Shown: in pieces, positions 38,368 to 51,991 of the stretch
Layout: each line of letters opens with the position of its first letter
How positions within the stretch are numbered: position 1 is the first letter of the stretch
Assembly: GCA_012295275.1 (NCBI GenBank)
Contig: CM022679.1
Location: 17,732,001 to 17,796,000, forward strand
Direction of reading: 5' to 3'
Source of the DNA: Chrysomallon squamiferum
Taxonomy: Eukaryota; Animalia; Mollusca
DNA length: 64,000 nucleotides
Notes under the pieces: model-generated
What the model saw: only the letters and a program-made list of their open reading frames with translations
Told to the model about the DNA's origin: nothing
Databases searched by the model: none
Translations under genes and position numbers: made by a program

Positions 38368-41300
38368 GTGTCACAAATTACTAGCAAGTAATAAAACAAG
38401 GGGTTTAGAGAGTTCTTTGAAAACGTCATAACATTATGAACATTTGGAATGAAAAATAAGTTGTAGAAAAAGGCTTATTTATTTCTTTTCTTTTTCATAC
38501 TATTCATCTTTCCTTCTGTTATAATAATAATATATCTATTTGGATGTGTAAGAATAGATACCCTATGTAACATATACAATTGTACTAATTCTGAGATTTG
38601 TATGAAATATAGGAAATATACATAATATTTACATACATGAACGTCTAATTTAAAATGTATATATCAATACATTCTCCACATAGATACATACATATACATA
38701 TGTATATCACATATATAAATACTTACATATGTATATAACGGATACACACACTTACACATCCAAATGCATACATTTGTTATTATAAGAGAATGAAACATGA
38801 ATAGTATTAAAAAGAAAAGAAATAAATAAGTTTGTTTTTCTCAACTTATTTTTCACTTCCACGTACACGCCCCGAGACAGGTTGTAAATTTGTGTCAGTT
38901 AAGGGCTGGAGGACATTTGTCAGAAAGAAAACAGACAACAGGTTTACACACTTACTATTTCTCTGTAATTTACAGCTGCATCTCATTCGGGAAATCTTCA
39001 GATTAATTACATTTAATCGTAAGTTGTAAAATTAGGATTCTGCTTTCTGATGATATAATTACACAGATAATTAAATATATATGTTAGAAAATGAGTAACA
39101 GAGTAGCAGACAGATAAGAGGGCGAGAGAACGAAAAAGATACGGTTAGATAAATAAACAGAGAATAAGACATATTAAAACAGACAAGGTAGAACTAGGTG
39201 GTGGGTAGATAGCGAAATTATAAATAAAGAAATTAATGGGTCAAGCCTTATCTATTTCTGTATATGATATCCTGTTTAAATATATTACAATATAATTGTG
39301 TGTGTGTGTGTGTGTAAGGTACATGTGTATGTAACGGTGTGAAAAATAAACATACTCAAGTTATATACTGTCATGATGAAGAGAGCGTGTAATTTGGTTG
39401 GTACATAAACGTACATAAACTTTCTCTCAAATGAAAAATTTATTTTCGATGAAGTGTTGACGAATGAAGAATAAATGAACACTGGACAAAGTAAAATACT
39501 TAACAAATGAATAAAGAGAAAACTGCATTTTTCTTATCTTTATGTATATGTAGTTATTTGCTGAGCCGCGTTTGCAATTAGAAATGTTTGTATCAGGTGA
39601 TGTTAAATTAAATGAAGAAAAAGGAAACGATGTTATATGTAAACAAATTTAACGTTCATTTGACACGCAAGCACCCATGTATACAAACGGAAACATTAAA
39701 GAGGGACACTAACCCTTATGTGCCTTCTCCTATATATGATGCGTTTCTTTTAATAATGACATTTATTTGATATATTCACACTTCGGCGTGAATTCCTACA
39801 AAACCTGTCACATTTGTCTGAGTTGCCCTAACGTATATTATATTACTAATTTTTTTTTTTGCAGCTGATTCGCATTTTGAATAGATGAGTGGAATTACAG
39901 AGGAATACTGAACAGTAAATTATGCCTTAATATGTGTAATATACCTATACCAAGCAGCATAACAGTCGTTACTGAACAGAATAATAAACTATATACGGAT
40001 AACTGTAATATATTGTATAGAGAATACTGTTCCATACTATATACTGAACACTGTAATAAATTTTATATTTAAGTGTAATATAGAACACTGTAGTATAGTG
40101 TACTGTGTTTAAAAATAATCTTTATTAGATTTCAGATGAACTGAACATTTTTTACATACTTTACCCATCAACATTGTTTTTATCCCATTATAAAGACAAG
40201 TAACGTAATGGTACAATATCTAAACTGTGCCAGTCTACAGCATGACTGCACTAACGTGACATGTAGAAAGGTATGATCATATTTCTAAATCACATAGTAG
40301 AAATCGAGCAGGCATTCTTCTGGGTGGGTCAATGCTCAGAAAACTCACAGATATACGTAAACGTTAACAAACACAAGTAAGAAAAATAAGCGATAACTTT
40401 AAATACAGAGAAAGGTAATTTTACAATGATTTTGCATATAATCACAATCAAAAAATGAAAAACAAAACAAAGGAACAGTAAACACAGTAGTAACAGTTAA
40501 ATCAATAATAAGAACGGCGCAGGAGTAGTAATAAAATCATCAACAACATTTGCAATAAAACCTCTTATATACATCACTATTTTTCCTGTCATATTATGTT
40601 GTATGGTGCTTTCCGTCGATTTCTACAGGGAAACTGTTATGACCGTAACTTAAAAATATTTTATTTTTTGTAGGTATTAGTAATCGATAATCTTAAGTAA
40701 GTTTAACAGTAAACAAGCGATCGTTGTACTCATTACTTAACATTTTGTTTTATTTAATCTACGTTTTGGTCTTTGCCATTCAACGATCATTTCAAACAGA
40801 ATGATATAATTTATTTATTTATTTATTTATTTATTATTATTATTATTAATTCAAATAAGTATTCAAATGACCAGAACTATGAGAACAACCATAACATCGA
40901 CAGCAACTGCAACAACAATAGCAAATCAAAACAAAACGATAAAAACAACACCATTTATTTATTTATTTGCGGTAAAGAGATCTTCTAAAATAATAATATA
41001 TTTCAACTATTTCTTCATAAGTATTAACACTTACACGATAACAAGTACAATTAACACGAAAAACACTAGAAAAAACAGTAACAGATATAGTAAACCATGT
41101 CCTTACATATCGTATTTCAATTACAAAATAATACACTGAATCAGTCATATCCCTTCCAGGAAATGTAACAGATTTTTGACCAATCAAATGATGGGAATAT
41201 ACGCGCACTTTATTTCTCGATAGGTACTTGTAAAACATTGATTATTTTATAGAATAAGAAAAGAAAGAATAAAAAAACAAAAACAAATGTTTCGTTCTAG

Positions 41301-42072
41301 GCGGATAACATGAACTCGTACAGCATTAAGTGGTCCGCCGGGTACCTCGTACTGGCTTTTTAAACAACATGAATATTTTAGACATGAAACAAACACCTGT
41401 AAGAAATATGTCAAGGGCGGGATGTTACATATCGTACCATTCGTCAACTTAGGCATAACAAACTCGTCTAAGTCCATTTAAACTTAAAGGATGAAAACAT
41501 GAGCAATAATTAGAAGATAGGAGAAAGAGATATATGAGATTTAGACTTTTTTCACCGAGTCACTCGTTCTCCTTTCACAAATTACCTTTTGCTCGTGTAG
41601 TTTACAAAACCGGTGACGGAGATTTAGCTGATGTTTGCACCTGACGTTACTCAAGGCCTGACAGTTGGTTTACCAGTCAAATCTCTGCACTAAGTAAACA
41701 GGTCAACGACAAGCGATGCACGGAAGGTATTCAGTGCATCGCGTTATGCGCCAACAAAATGTATTTTCATAGAACTGTTAGTTTTGATTTTTATACAATG
41801 ATGTTTATGTTCTCTGGAACAAGGTTTATTGGTATATGTGTGTGAATAAAAGTGATACTGCAGTTTAGCAAGAGACTGTTTAGAAACATGTCGAAATAAT
41901 GTTTATGATGGCGTTTTAAAAATAAATATTGAAGATGTAAGACATGGTAAAGCTTCATAAAATATTAAGGAAAACAAACATTGTTGTTTAATCACGTTCT
42001 GAAATATATTCACTGTTACCACTTCTCTTGATGTATTGAATTACCTCACAACTATTTCTTTTCATTCTTTTT

Positions 42073-42103
<31 letters not shown>

Positions 42104-43045
42104 TTTTTTTTTTTTTTTTTTTTTTTTGAAGACGGCACAGATTAAATATTGGCCAGTCGTGACTGACATCATAAATTATTAACTTACAGATTTTGCAAGA
42201 CAGCACGTTTTTGTGAATTTGATATACCAGTTTTTAATTATATATTTATCGAATATCGCTAAATGTTTCTCTGTGCTACTTTAATGTATTAAATTACTGT
42301 AATCTTTCGTAGTTGGTTTTTGTTTCTTTATAAAATATTCTCTGTCCTCTGAAGAGATAATCTCAAGTGGATTTAAGTGAAGTTTATTGCTATTAAAAAA
42401 ATAAAAAAATAAATAAAAAAGGAAGTCTTTTGAATAGAAATTCAGATATATTGATAATCTTGTATTGTTATTGTTTTTCTTCTTCTTCTTTTTCTTCTTC
42501 TTCTTAATGTTATTGAGTCAGTTTGATTTATCAGTAAACATAACCTTTTTAATTAAATACTTTAAATGAAATTAAACAAAAAATGAAATTTTGCTTAAAT
42601 GTTGGTAAAAATAAACACTTTAAGGAAATATTTCTGTTGAGATCAATTCCTTTCAAAACAAACAAACAATAAAAAAAAAACCAAAAAAAAAACCCCACTA
42701 AGTTTCAGTTTTTTGACAAGTCAGCGGAGAGAGGAAAGCAGTGTAAAAATGTTATCACGTGATCGATGACGTTAGCTATTTCGTTTTATGTGTTTTCCTC
42801 GCCTCAAAACAGACTCAGATGTCTCGGGAAGATTTAAAAAACCATTTTCGAACATTTGCTCGTCAGCAATCATTTTTCAAAGAAATAACGTTCCTCGGGC
42901 ACCTCTAACATTGCTTATCAAACGTTATTGCCTCACCTGGAATGTTTGGTCTTTATCGATTCTAATACTTGCCAAACGCAACTTTTGTTTTTTATTTCGC
43001 ACTATCCATCTTTCTGTTCCGTTTGTGTGTTTGTGAAAAGATTTG

Positions 43046-43081
<36 letters not shown>

Positions 43082-44214
43082 TGTCTGTCTGTCTGTCTGT
43101 CTGTACTAACGGGGGGGGGGAATGTGCGTATATAATTACACATTTTCCAAAATTAGAGAAAGGAAACATCAATACATATTCTTCGATATTTTGTTCATGG
43201 TTCACTCATACAGGATGCACATATTTATGTTTTGCCTGTTTTAGGGCCATATGATAGTCAAACGTTTTCGTTTAGAAAATGAAACTACCAGAACAACTAT
43301 AACATTTACCACCACTTCTAACAGTACTTTACAGATCTACAACTATGAATAGTAGTACCACTGCAACAACTTCGTCATTACAAACTCCAGTCCTGTTACT
43401 TCTGCATCATCTATCATGGCTGTAGCCAATGTATCTATTTTGGCAGCTGTTGCAAGAAATATTTTGTGTATGATGTTATTCATCAAATTATGGGGTGGGA
43501 ACAACAAAAAACAAGAAAAATCTATGAAACTAAAATGAAATCAATCAAAAGTACATTATTTCAACTAGTAATGTATCTGGGAGGTTTTTTGTTGGTTTAT
43601 GTTGGGTTATAGAGATTACATATATGTGATAAATGTGTTCAGTAATAGAAACTTGAAAACAACTGTGCTACATAAAACAGGTTATTGTTTCATTTGTCTC
43701 TTGCGACCAGGTGTACATTTTACAGTAACGACAAATAATTAAATACGGTTTGTATATTTGAAATTGTTTTTTAATTTGTTATGGCTAGTAACCCTGGCTA
43801 ATAATAAAGTGTGATAACACGATAGTATTTTTTCAAAGTCTGTCATATTAGTAGAATATTTTACTGTTGTTATTACATTATTAGGTTGGGTAGTAATTCA
43901 TTCATTTATTACGTCTAAGGAACGGCTCATATCTAAATATAATCTAAAACAAAATAGATGTTGGTAAATTTGTTGTCATAAAGTTTTGATTAGAAATGGA
44001 CATAATACTGATATCACACAGAGACACAGACAGACACACAGACACTCACACACGCATCATTACACTTACGTATGCCCCTTAATCCCTCCAGTAGAATTAG
44101 CAGAAAATAAAACTCCGACCGAAATATTTTCTCCAGTTTCAAGGGTTATTGACATTTCTAATTATGTGTCTGTCAACTGAGCAATGATAGTTTTTTTCTT
44201 CCTTAATTACAAAC

Positions 44215-44602
44215 TGTTGCGGAATTAGTAGGAAAATACGACTTGGGCATACACCTTCCACTAAGACGGGGTAAGAGGCACCCAATCTGCAAATAGCTTA
44301 CACAAAGACTTGGATAAGCCGAGCAAACATGTTCTTCGTCCTTGGCAAAGTTTATTAACTGATAAATGATTCTTTGCCTTTTTCTTGTTTACATGGTGTG
44401 TCACTCTAGTTAGGTTTGCGATATTTTCACTGCAGATTGGGTGCCTCAATGGAAATAAGAAACCAGCGATTATGTGAAACGAAACCAACAAATGTCCATA
44501 TTCCACTGGTGGATCAAGTGATGGTGTGCAGTCTGAAGGCTTTCAAGATGCCTCCTGTGCCTCGAACCTTGGACAGATAGATGGACAAAGTCTTCCACGT
44601 AT
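44215..44602 (-). mobile_element. Possible highly decayed Gypsy-type integrase fragment with an internally inverted segment
   Basis: Minus-strand pieces YVEDFV, ICPRF, WNMDIC and WKVYAQVVFSY flank a plus-strand segment reading AYTKTWISR, LLTD and LVYMVCH...IFTA, in integrase-core order once re-inverted; frameshifts and stops throughout; recognised by eye only. Confidence 0.35.
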
Positions 44603-44964
44603 CTGATAATATATATGTTAAAGATGAACATCTGTGGAGACATTATATACTTAAAATAATTATTTATTTTTGTATCATTATTACGGATAATGAGCAGATA
44701 ACAGTTCATTGTGGCTGTTTGATCTGTAATTTGTATAAATGTGCTATCCAAGATATTAATACAACTGCTTGAATACCGTACAATAAATATACAGTTATAA
44801 AACCAAGCAATTTTGGATAGATAGGTCGATGTTTTAATGTTCAAATACATTTTGTTCACATTTCTACAGCTGTTTCAAAATTTAATATTTTTTTTAACTG
44901 GATCCGCATATGTTGTTAGTTTATTTATGGTTTCGATTTATTTTATTTTATTTATTTATTTATT

Positions 44965-45580
44965 TTTTTTCTTTCTTTCTTTCTTTCTTTCTTTCTTTCA
45001 TTTTATCTCATTTATACGTTTGTTTGTTTTTATGTTTAGCTGGTTTCCTCTGAAGGTTATATTAAAAATAGATAGTATTGTTGTTTTCAGAACCTAGTTT
45101 CATTTCAGTTTTTGAAAACTGTTATTCAACTTTTTCTGTTTATGCTGTTTATAGAGCATAAAATACTACTGGTTTTACTACTACTACTACTATTTTTTTT
45201 TTTGAACTGCTACTACTTAGTAATGGTAGTGGTAGCTGTAGTAGTAGTAGTAGTATGAAATCAGATTCAGTAGTAGTAGCATGAAACTACTAGCAGTAGT
45301 AGTAATAGTGGTGGTGCAGGTGATGATGATGATCGTAGTGGAAGTAGTACTAGTAGTAGTAGTAAAAACAGTAGCATTTTATGCTCTATAAACAGCATAA
45401 ATAGAAAAAGTTGAATAATAGTTTTTAAAAACTGAAATGAAACTAGGTTTTGAAAACAACAATACTGTCTATTTTTAATATAATTACAACCTTCAGAAGA
45501 AACCAGCTAAACATAAAAACAAACAAACAAACAAACGAATAAATGAGATAAAATGAAATAAAGAAAGAAAGAAAGACAAT
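44965..45580. repeat. Long inverted repeat (foldback): arms ~44965-45192 and ~45350-45580 with a (TAG)n-rich spacer
   Basis: The arms are reverse complements over more than 200 bp, with about nine substitutions and two short indels in the part aligned by hand. Confidence 0.95.
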
Positions 45581-46049
45581 AAAGTAATAATAATAATGAT
45601 GAGGATGATAACGATAATAATGATAATGATGATGCTGGTGATAATAGTGATTATAATAACAATCATAGTAAGAAGAATTAGATATTAAGTAGTGATACAT
45701 GCATACATGCATACTCACATACCAACAAGGAAGTATATAATCTCTCACACAATAATAAGTCTTGATATTAATGACAGTATTTTTAATAAAGATTATACAT
45801 CCATGATGAAATTTAAAATTATGCTTTAACTTTCTCAAATGGAAATTATAGCCACATTACTATTAAGAATCCATTTTGGCATGTGGAATTCCAGCTGGAA
45901 AAATAAAACATTAAACTTATACAAGATGGATTTTAATATCAACAGGTAAAAAACAAGCGTCATAAAATTAAAACAGCTTCATATTATAATAATAACGTTG
46001 AAAACTTTCATATAACTGAATATTCAATTTATTGATAAAAGTGTCAGCA

Positions 46050-46260
46050 TAACTGAGCATTGTGCGATGAAATCTGGTTTCATAAATATACATGATTATC
46101 TAGAAAGTTCAATATAAAATATGCATATATATAGCAGATTCCACTCAGTATGAAAGCTATTTGCATTAATAACCAAAAGTGTTTTATTCATCTGCAAAGT
46201 TTTGTAATACTAATGACTGATAAGGATGCGCGTTTCAAATTTATATTTTAATGTCCTATG
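46050..46260 (+). repeat. Old duplicated non-coding module, copy 1 (copy 2 at ~50630-50840)
   Basis: Colinear blocks agaaagttcaatataaaa, actcagt, atttgcattaa-aacca, tgttttattcat, atgcgcg-tttcaaatt. Confidence 0.8.
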
Positions 46261-46530
46261 ATTTTTTTTAAATGAATAATCAGTTCCTCAGGTGACTTCT
46301 ATAAGATTGTTTTTCATTTGAACTGTAAACAATTTATAATTTATATATTAATTTGTGTTTCGATCGGAGAGTTAGTCTAAAGGGGGTATGCAAATAACTA
46401 TACAAGTTATCGATCTTTATTAATTTTAATTTATGCTGTCGACATAATATTTTACTTACCATAATGTGAACATATAGTCAGGAGTTCGAGGGCAATGTAC
46501 TCTTCATTGTTACTGGGATAATTATTATTA

Positions 46531-46637
<107 letters not shown>

Positions 46638-49600
46638 CAGTTTTTCCTTCAGTATAATTATAATTTCCAGCAATAATTTCACTTTGTTCGTATACAATTT
46701 TTTATGTTAATGTCCTATATTATATATAATTCCATAATGTTATATATTATTATGCAGCTCTTTTCTTATTGATGGCCAAAATATTTCCGGGTTCACCTTA
46801 ATACATGCCTCTAGCTGGGATGAGTAAATCGTCCAACAAATATTACAGCTTGCATTAACGAGCGAAATGAATAATGTATAGCCTGAAGCCATTAATATGT
46901 CTGTTTACTGTTTTGTGCACAGTTAGCTTATTTTTATGAGATTTATTTTAGCATTATAAAACATATAAAGAAGGAGTCTGTAAACCAATGTTAATTTTAA
47001 ATAAAGATTACATATTTTCGTTGACTATAGAACAATTGAAAATTATACGAATAATGAGTAGCCGAGAGAAAAACCTGTTTCTCGGTGAAGATATTATCAT
47101 TGTCTAGTATACATCTGTATCTGCAGATAATTTATCATATATCTTCTCAACTTATGAATATAACATAAACATGTATAAACAAACTAAATTTATTTTAAGT
47201 TATTATGAGTAAAGTTGTTACTTAGTATGTGAATGTATACATATACATATATATGTATGTATCTGTGTCTGAGAAAATTATTTATGTATTCATATTAACA
47301 ATCATCTGTACAGCGCTCAGACATTACTATGTATGTATGTACGTATGTATAAAACAAAGGTAACATAAAATACAAATATCTATCTGGATATCCATCTGTC
47401 TATCTATCTATCTTATACAGCTGTCAGTCTAACTGGATATCTGCTTAACAACTTACCTATCTCTCTGCCTAATCATTTTCCTGTTTATAGTTTTATAAAT
47501 ATCGCTAGCTGTCTATCAGTATATATAAAACTGTTCCTCTCTTTACCTTTCTTTGTACCTGTGTAACCGAGTTTATGTCAGTAATTTTTAAAAGTGTGAA
47601 ATATTTATCTTCTTTTTTTTCAGTACACTGTTAAATATTAACTTTAAACGAAATTATTTTCTCTTACCTTCAGTAATTATTAAACATTTTGGTTTCAAAA
47701 AATGTATAAAGCTACGTTCGTACCAATCATAAAATTATAAATTAGCCTTATTAAAACACAATAACAGCAACAACAACAACAGTAATAATAAGAAGAGAAA
47801 TGTATATTTCTGTTATAGTATAATGAAGCAGTAAAACATAAAACTAAACTGAAAAATGCCTTACTGTTGATTGAAATAATTGAAATAAAACTTCCAAGAA
47901 TTGAACTAGTAAGAACCAAATTATAATTACCTTTTTAAGCAGCTACTATAAAAATACTGTTATTATTATTGTCATCAGTATCATTATTCTTACTTTCTTT
48001 TAATTTTCCTAATATTTCTATTTTCGTCGTATAATAGAGAGAAAAAGTTTTATAATTTCAGTAATAAACAACAATTCTCTGTCACTATGACATTCTCATG
48101 TTTCAACCGATAAGTGCTGGTTTTCCTGTGTTACACACTTCGTGTTAAACCTGACAGCTGTAGATGACATTTTTCAAACACACTGGAATACAAACCTGTT
48201 TGCTCCACTGGCCTTTCAAAGCAGAATGCATGTACCATTAAATCATTATTTAAGATCGAAATTATCATCATTTTTAGAAATGAACAATATCATACAAACA
48301 AATACACACATAAAAACTGAATATATATATATATATATATTACGTTCAGTAATGAGTAAATGAAATAAAAAAAATGATGTAAACAACAATATAAATAATA
48401 ATAATAATAAGAGGAAACAATAACAGCTCACTTAAAACCTCAACTAAGACACCAGTTTGAAACAGTATCACGAATTAAAGGGGATAGTGCATGTATAACT
48501 ATTTTTGTTTCTACAGTCACACGTCGTCGTTAAACCTGGTGTTCTGTTATCTACAACGAAATCGTTTTATCCTGCGTTTAATATAAAATATTTAATGTGT
48601 AATACACATGGACCAATGACCACAACTTAAACACTCGTTAGTCTACTTCTCACTGGTAACGAACGACAAGTCAAACTGATAACAAGAAAGAATTTAAATT
48701 CAAACCATTGCTTTGAGGAAACTAATATTGACTGCCTTGCGACAGGCATGCTGGGTAATCGAGGTGTTAACTTTGAACACATTTGGGGGGCTAATGGTAT
48801 TTAATATTTGCCCATTGGATAAATACTGTTTGCTCTATAGGTGGAGAGCGGTATTGCTATTTCTCCAATACAACATTTTTGTAGTTCTCGTTATCTAATA
48901 GAAATAAAAAAAAAAATAAAAAAATGATAATAAACAAATAAACAAATAAATAAACAAATAAAAATATAAAAATAAATCCCAGACTTAAACACTTTTAATC
49001 GGATCTATGTCATTGCTGTTTCAATATTATCTAAAATTGAGACAGAAACTGTCATTCCCTAATTTTCATATACTAATATAATTTATTAATGATGTAAAAA
49101 TTATAGAAAATAAATTAAAAGTTTTTGTAGAAACAGCACCTTACTGAGTTAGTAATTGTGATTTCATTTTATGTAACACTTGTTATCTATTCAGCTCGTC
49201 GTCTTCATTTCTCTGCAAGTTAATTAATTTTTGCCAGTTATTGCAGTTATAAAAACATATAATCAATAAAATAAATAAAGGAAAGAACAAAAAACAAACA
49301 TACAAATAAAAATAGAAAAATAATAACAAACAAAATAACATACAATCCCCTGTAAGTTTTTACATTCAGAGCAGTTAATATGGTGATACAAAATTAATAC
49401 GAAGAATGGTTTAATCTTTTTAACATTTTAATAAAATAATTTTTTGGAAATAGATTCAATATAAACTACATGAATGAAGATTTTAATAATTATTTTGTTA
49501 CAGTTTTTGTTATTATATATTTATATTGATGTTTCACTCATTATTATGATCATTAAAGTGTCACAAAAACGATTTAATAATTTCTAATAAGTAAATGTTT

Positions 49601-50629
49601 AAATTACGAAATATATTTCTCCTGAGCACGATTACAAATATTATTCTTTATTACACGAACAGATATTTTATACCTTACCATAAATATGAAAAAACATAAA
49701 ATATAAAAAAAATAAAATAAATAAAATAAAAAATAATAAAAACACATGGTTATTGAATACAGGTTCCCCCTCTGTTTAACGCTATTAAACAATGTATGCT
49801 TGAAACCATTTAAGTAAATTAAAAATATCTAGTGCGTCCTTAAATGCAATTTTTTCCCCCAATACGGATATAATACTAGAGATTATTTGTTATTTTGGAA
49901 AGTTTCTTTAAATAACTCAGAATATTGTTTTTGAATTACTTATACATACTTGTTTACAGGTTTTCGTATATATTTGTATGAAATTAGGTTAGTAATAAAA
50001 ATTTGAAAAATAATATTTGCACAGCAAAGGGCGATTAATTTAAGGAACATACATTATATGTTGCAGGAGTATTCTCCCATAGATAACTAGAATTGTATTC
50101 ATTTCCCTACTGTGTCATTTTAGTTTTCCAAATTTAATTCTGTTTTTCTCGCAGTTGAATCGTTGTATGTCTCTGTTGTGCGTATGTTTATGCTTTTATG
50201 TGTGTGTTTTAATGTGTATATTTATGTATATGTTAACATTCGCTTTTATGCATATATCTGTTATTATATCTTAATATATATGTGTACACACATACAAACA
50301 ATACCCATTCATAAGCACATACACATACAAACATATATAAACACTTAAACATATCTTTTATGACGGAATTATCTTTCTTTTTCCAATAATAACCAGCATT
50401 AAATCATATGTAAATGAAGAGATTAACAGAATACTATTATTCTATTATCAATAATATTTTAATTTTATTTCCATGCTTATACATTAAATCTTTTTTTTAG
50501 AATACTTACAGTTCTTTTTATAAATTCATGGACAGATATTGTGGTTTGCTTCAAGGCTTATGGGTCTTAGCTCTGAGTGACATTTTAAGTCGTAGGTAAA
50601 GAATTAACACCATTACCGACTAAACATAA

Positions 50630-50840
50630 TTAAGAGCTCTGTCACGGTGTTTTGTTTCATCAAAATATATCATTAACCAGAAAGTTCAATATAAAAAACA
50701 AATACATACTGCAGTGTCAACTCAGTGCCATCGCCATTTGCATTAACAACCATCATGTTTTATTCATTTTCTAGGTAGTATAATATTTGTGACTTTCATC
50801 TGCATGCGCGATTTCAAATTATATTTTGAGTGTTTTATGT
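50630..50840 (+). repeat. Old duplicated non-coding module, copy 2
   Basis: Colinear with 46050-46260. Confidence 0.8.
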
Positions 50841-50885
50841 TAACAGGTCGCTGTGACCATATATATAGCTTTTTTAAAATTATTG

Positions 50886-50923
<38 letters not shown>

Positions 50924-51917
50924 TAATATATTATAAAGACAAAATAGAAATAAACTGTTTTATCAAAAAACAATGAAAAAAGTTTGATTCTTTGTAAACA
51001 TTGTTTGTAAATGAGTAAATTGATATAATATATGAAATTAAGCACGTTATTAACGTTTTTCTTCATACAGAAAGCATATGCATGTTTACTGTTTAAACTT
51101 TAGTAACATCCTTGATCCTTATATTATTTTAGCTGTTATAATTACTGTTATGGATGTAAACTTCTATATAAATGTAAAGATTATATTAGATTATTAAATT
51201 ATATCTGCATCCATCAGTGCAAGACATCACTTTTATAATAAATAATCGTCTAACTGATTTGTATTTCAATAAAAGTCATTCATTCCATCTGATTCCAACT
51301 ATGCAGTGTGCTAAATTTCTCAACAGATTAAAATTAATATCAAAGAACTCCTCTCTCTCTCTCTCATACACACACACACACACGTACACACGCACACAAA
51401 CACACACACATTCATACACCTTATTTTATATGATTTACTATTACTTCTGCAAACATATTTTACAGTATAATAGTGAATACTCTTTATATTTATTGCACCA
51501 GTTGCGCAGAACTGCAACATGGTGTTTTTTCTAAATAACAATAATACAAAAGGAAATTTTGTTATTAAAGATGGATAAATATCAAAGAAATAGTTTTGGA
51601 GTAAGCGTCGTATGAAAAAGGAAATTTGCTGGTGTTACTTCATTTCTAGTCATCAACAAGCAACAAGGGATATTTTACAAAAACTGATGTTCACTGTAAA
51701 TAAGACGACTGTTAACAGACCATGATACATAGCTGGAACTGGAAATTTTTAATGGCGATTTTGCGGGAAGACGGAATTTGTGACTTATATCTCTTAATTC
51801 CTGTTTTGTAACGATTGAGGTCGTGTCACTGTGATTTTCTAAATCTTAATATGTAATTAATTTTATCCGCTTCTTTCTATATATAATACAATAATTTAAC
51901 AGAAATCGAAAAATAAA

Positions 51918-51984
<67 letters not shown>

Positions 51985-51991
51985 ATATATA
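51918..51991. repeat. (ATCT)n microsatellite
   Basis: Direct reading. Confidence 0.97.

Noticed and set aside
39890-40110. Degenerate actgaaca/actgtaata repeats that might suggest a spaced array
   Set aside because: Irregular decayed tandem repeat; no constant repeat-spacer structure, and eukaryotic context, so not CRISPR
43280-43460. Mucin-like Thr/Ser-rich stretch
   Set aside because: Decayed ACT/ACA low-complexity sequence with no sustained frame
47440-47680. Several minus-strand donor-like motifs
   Set aside because: No coherent exon or frame; expected by chance in AT-rich DNA
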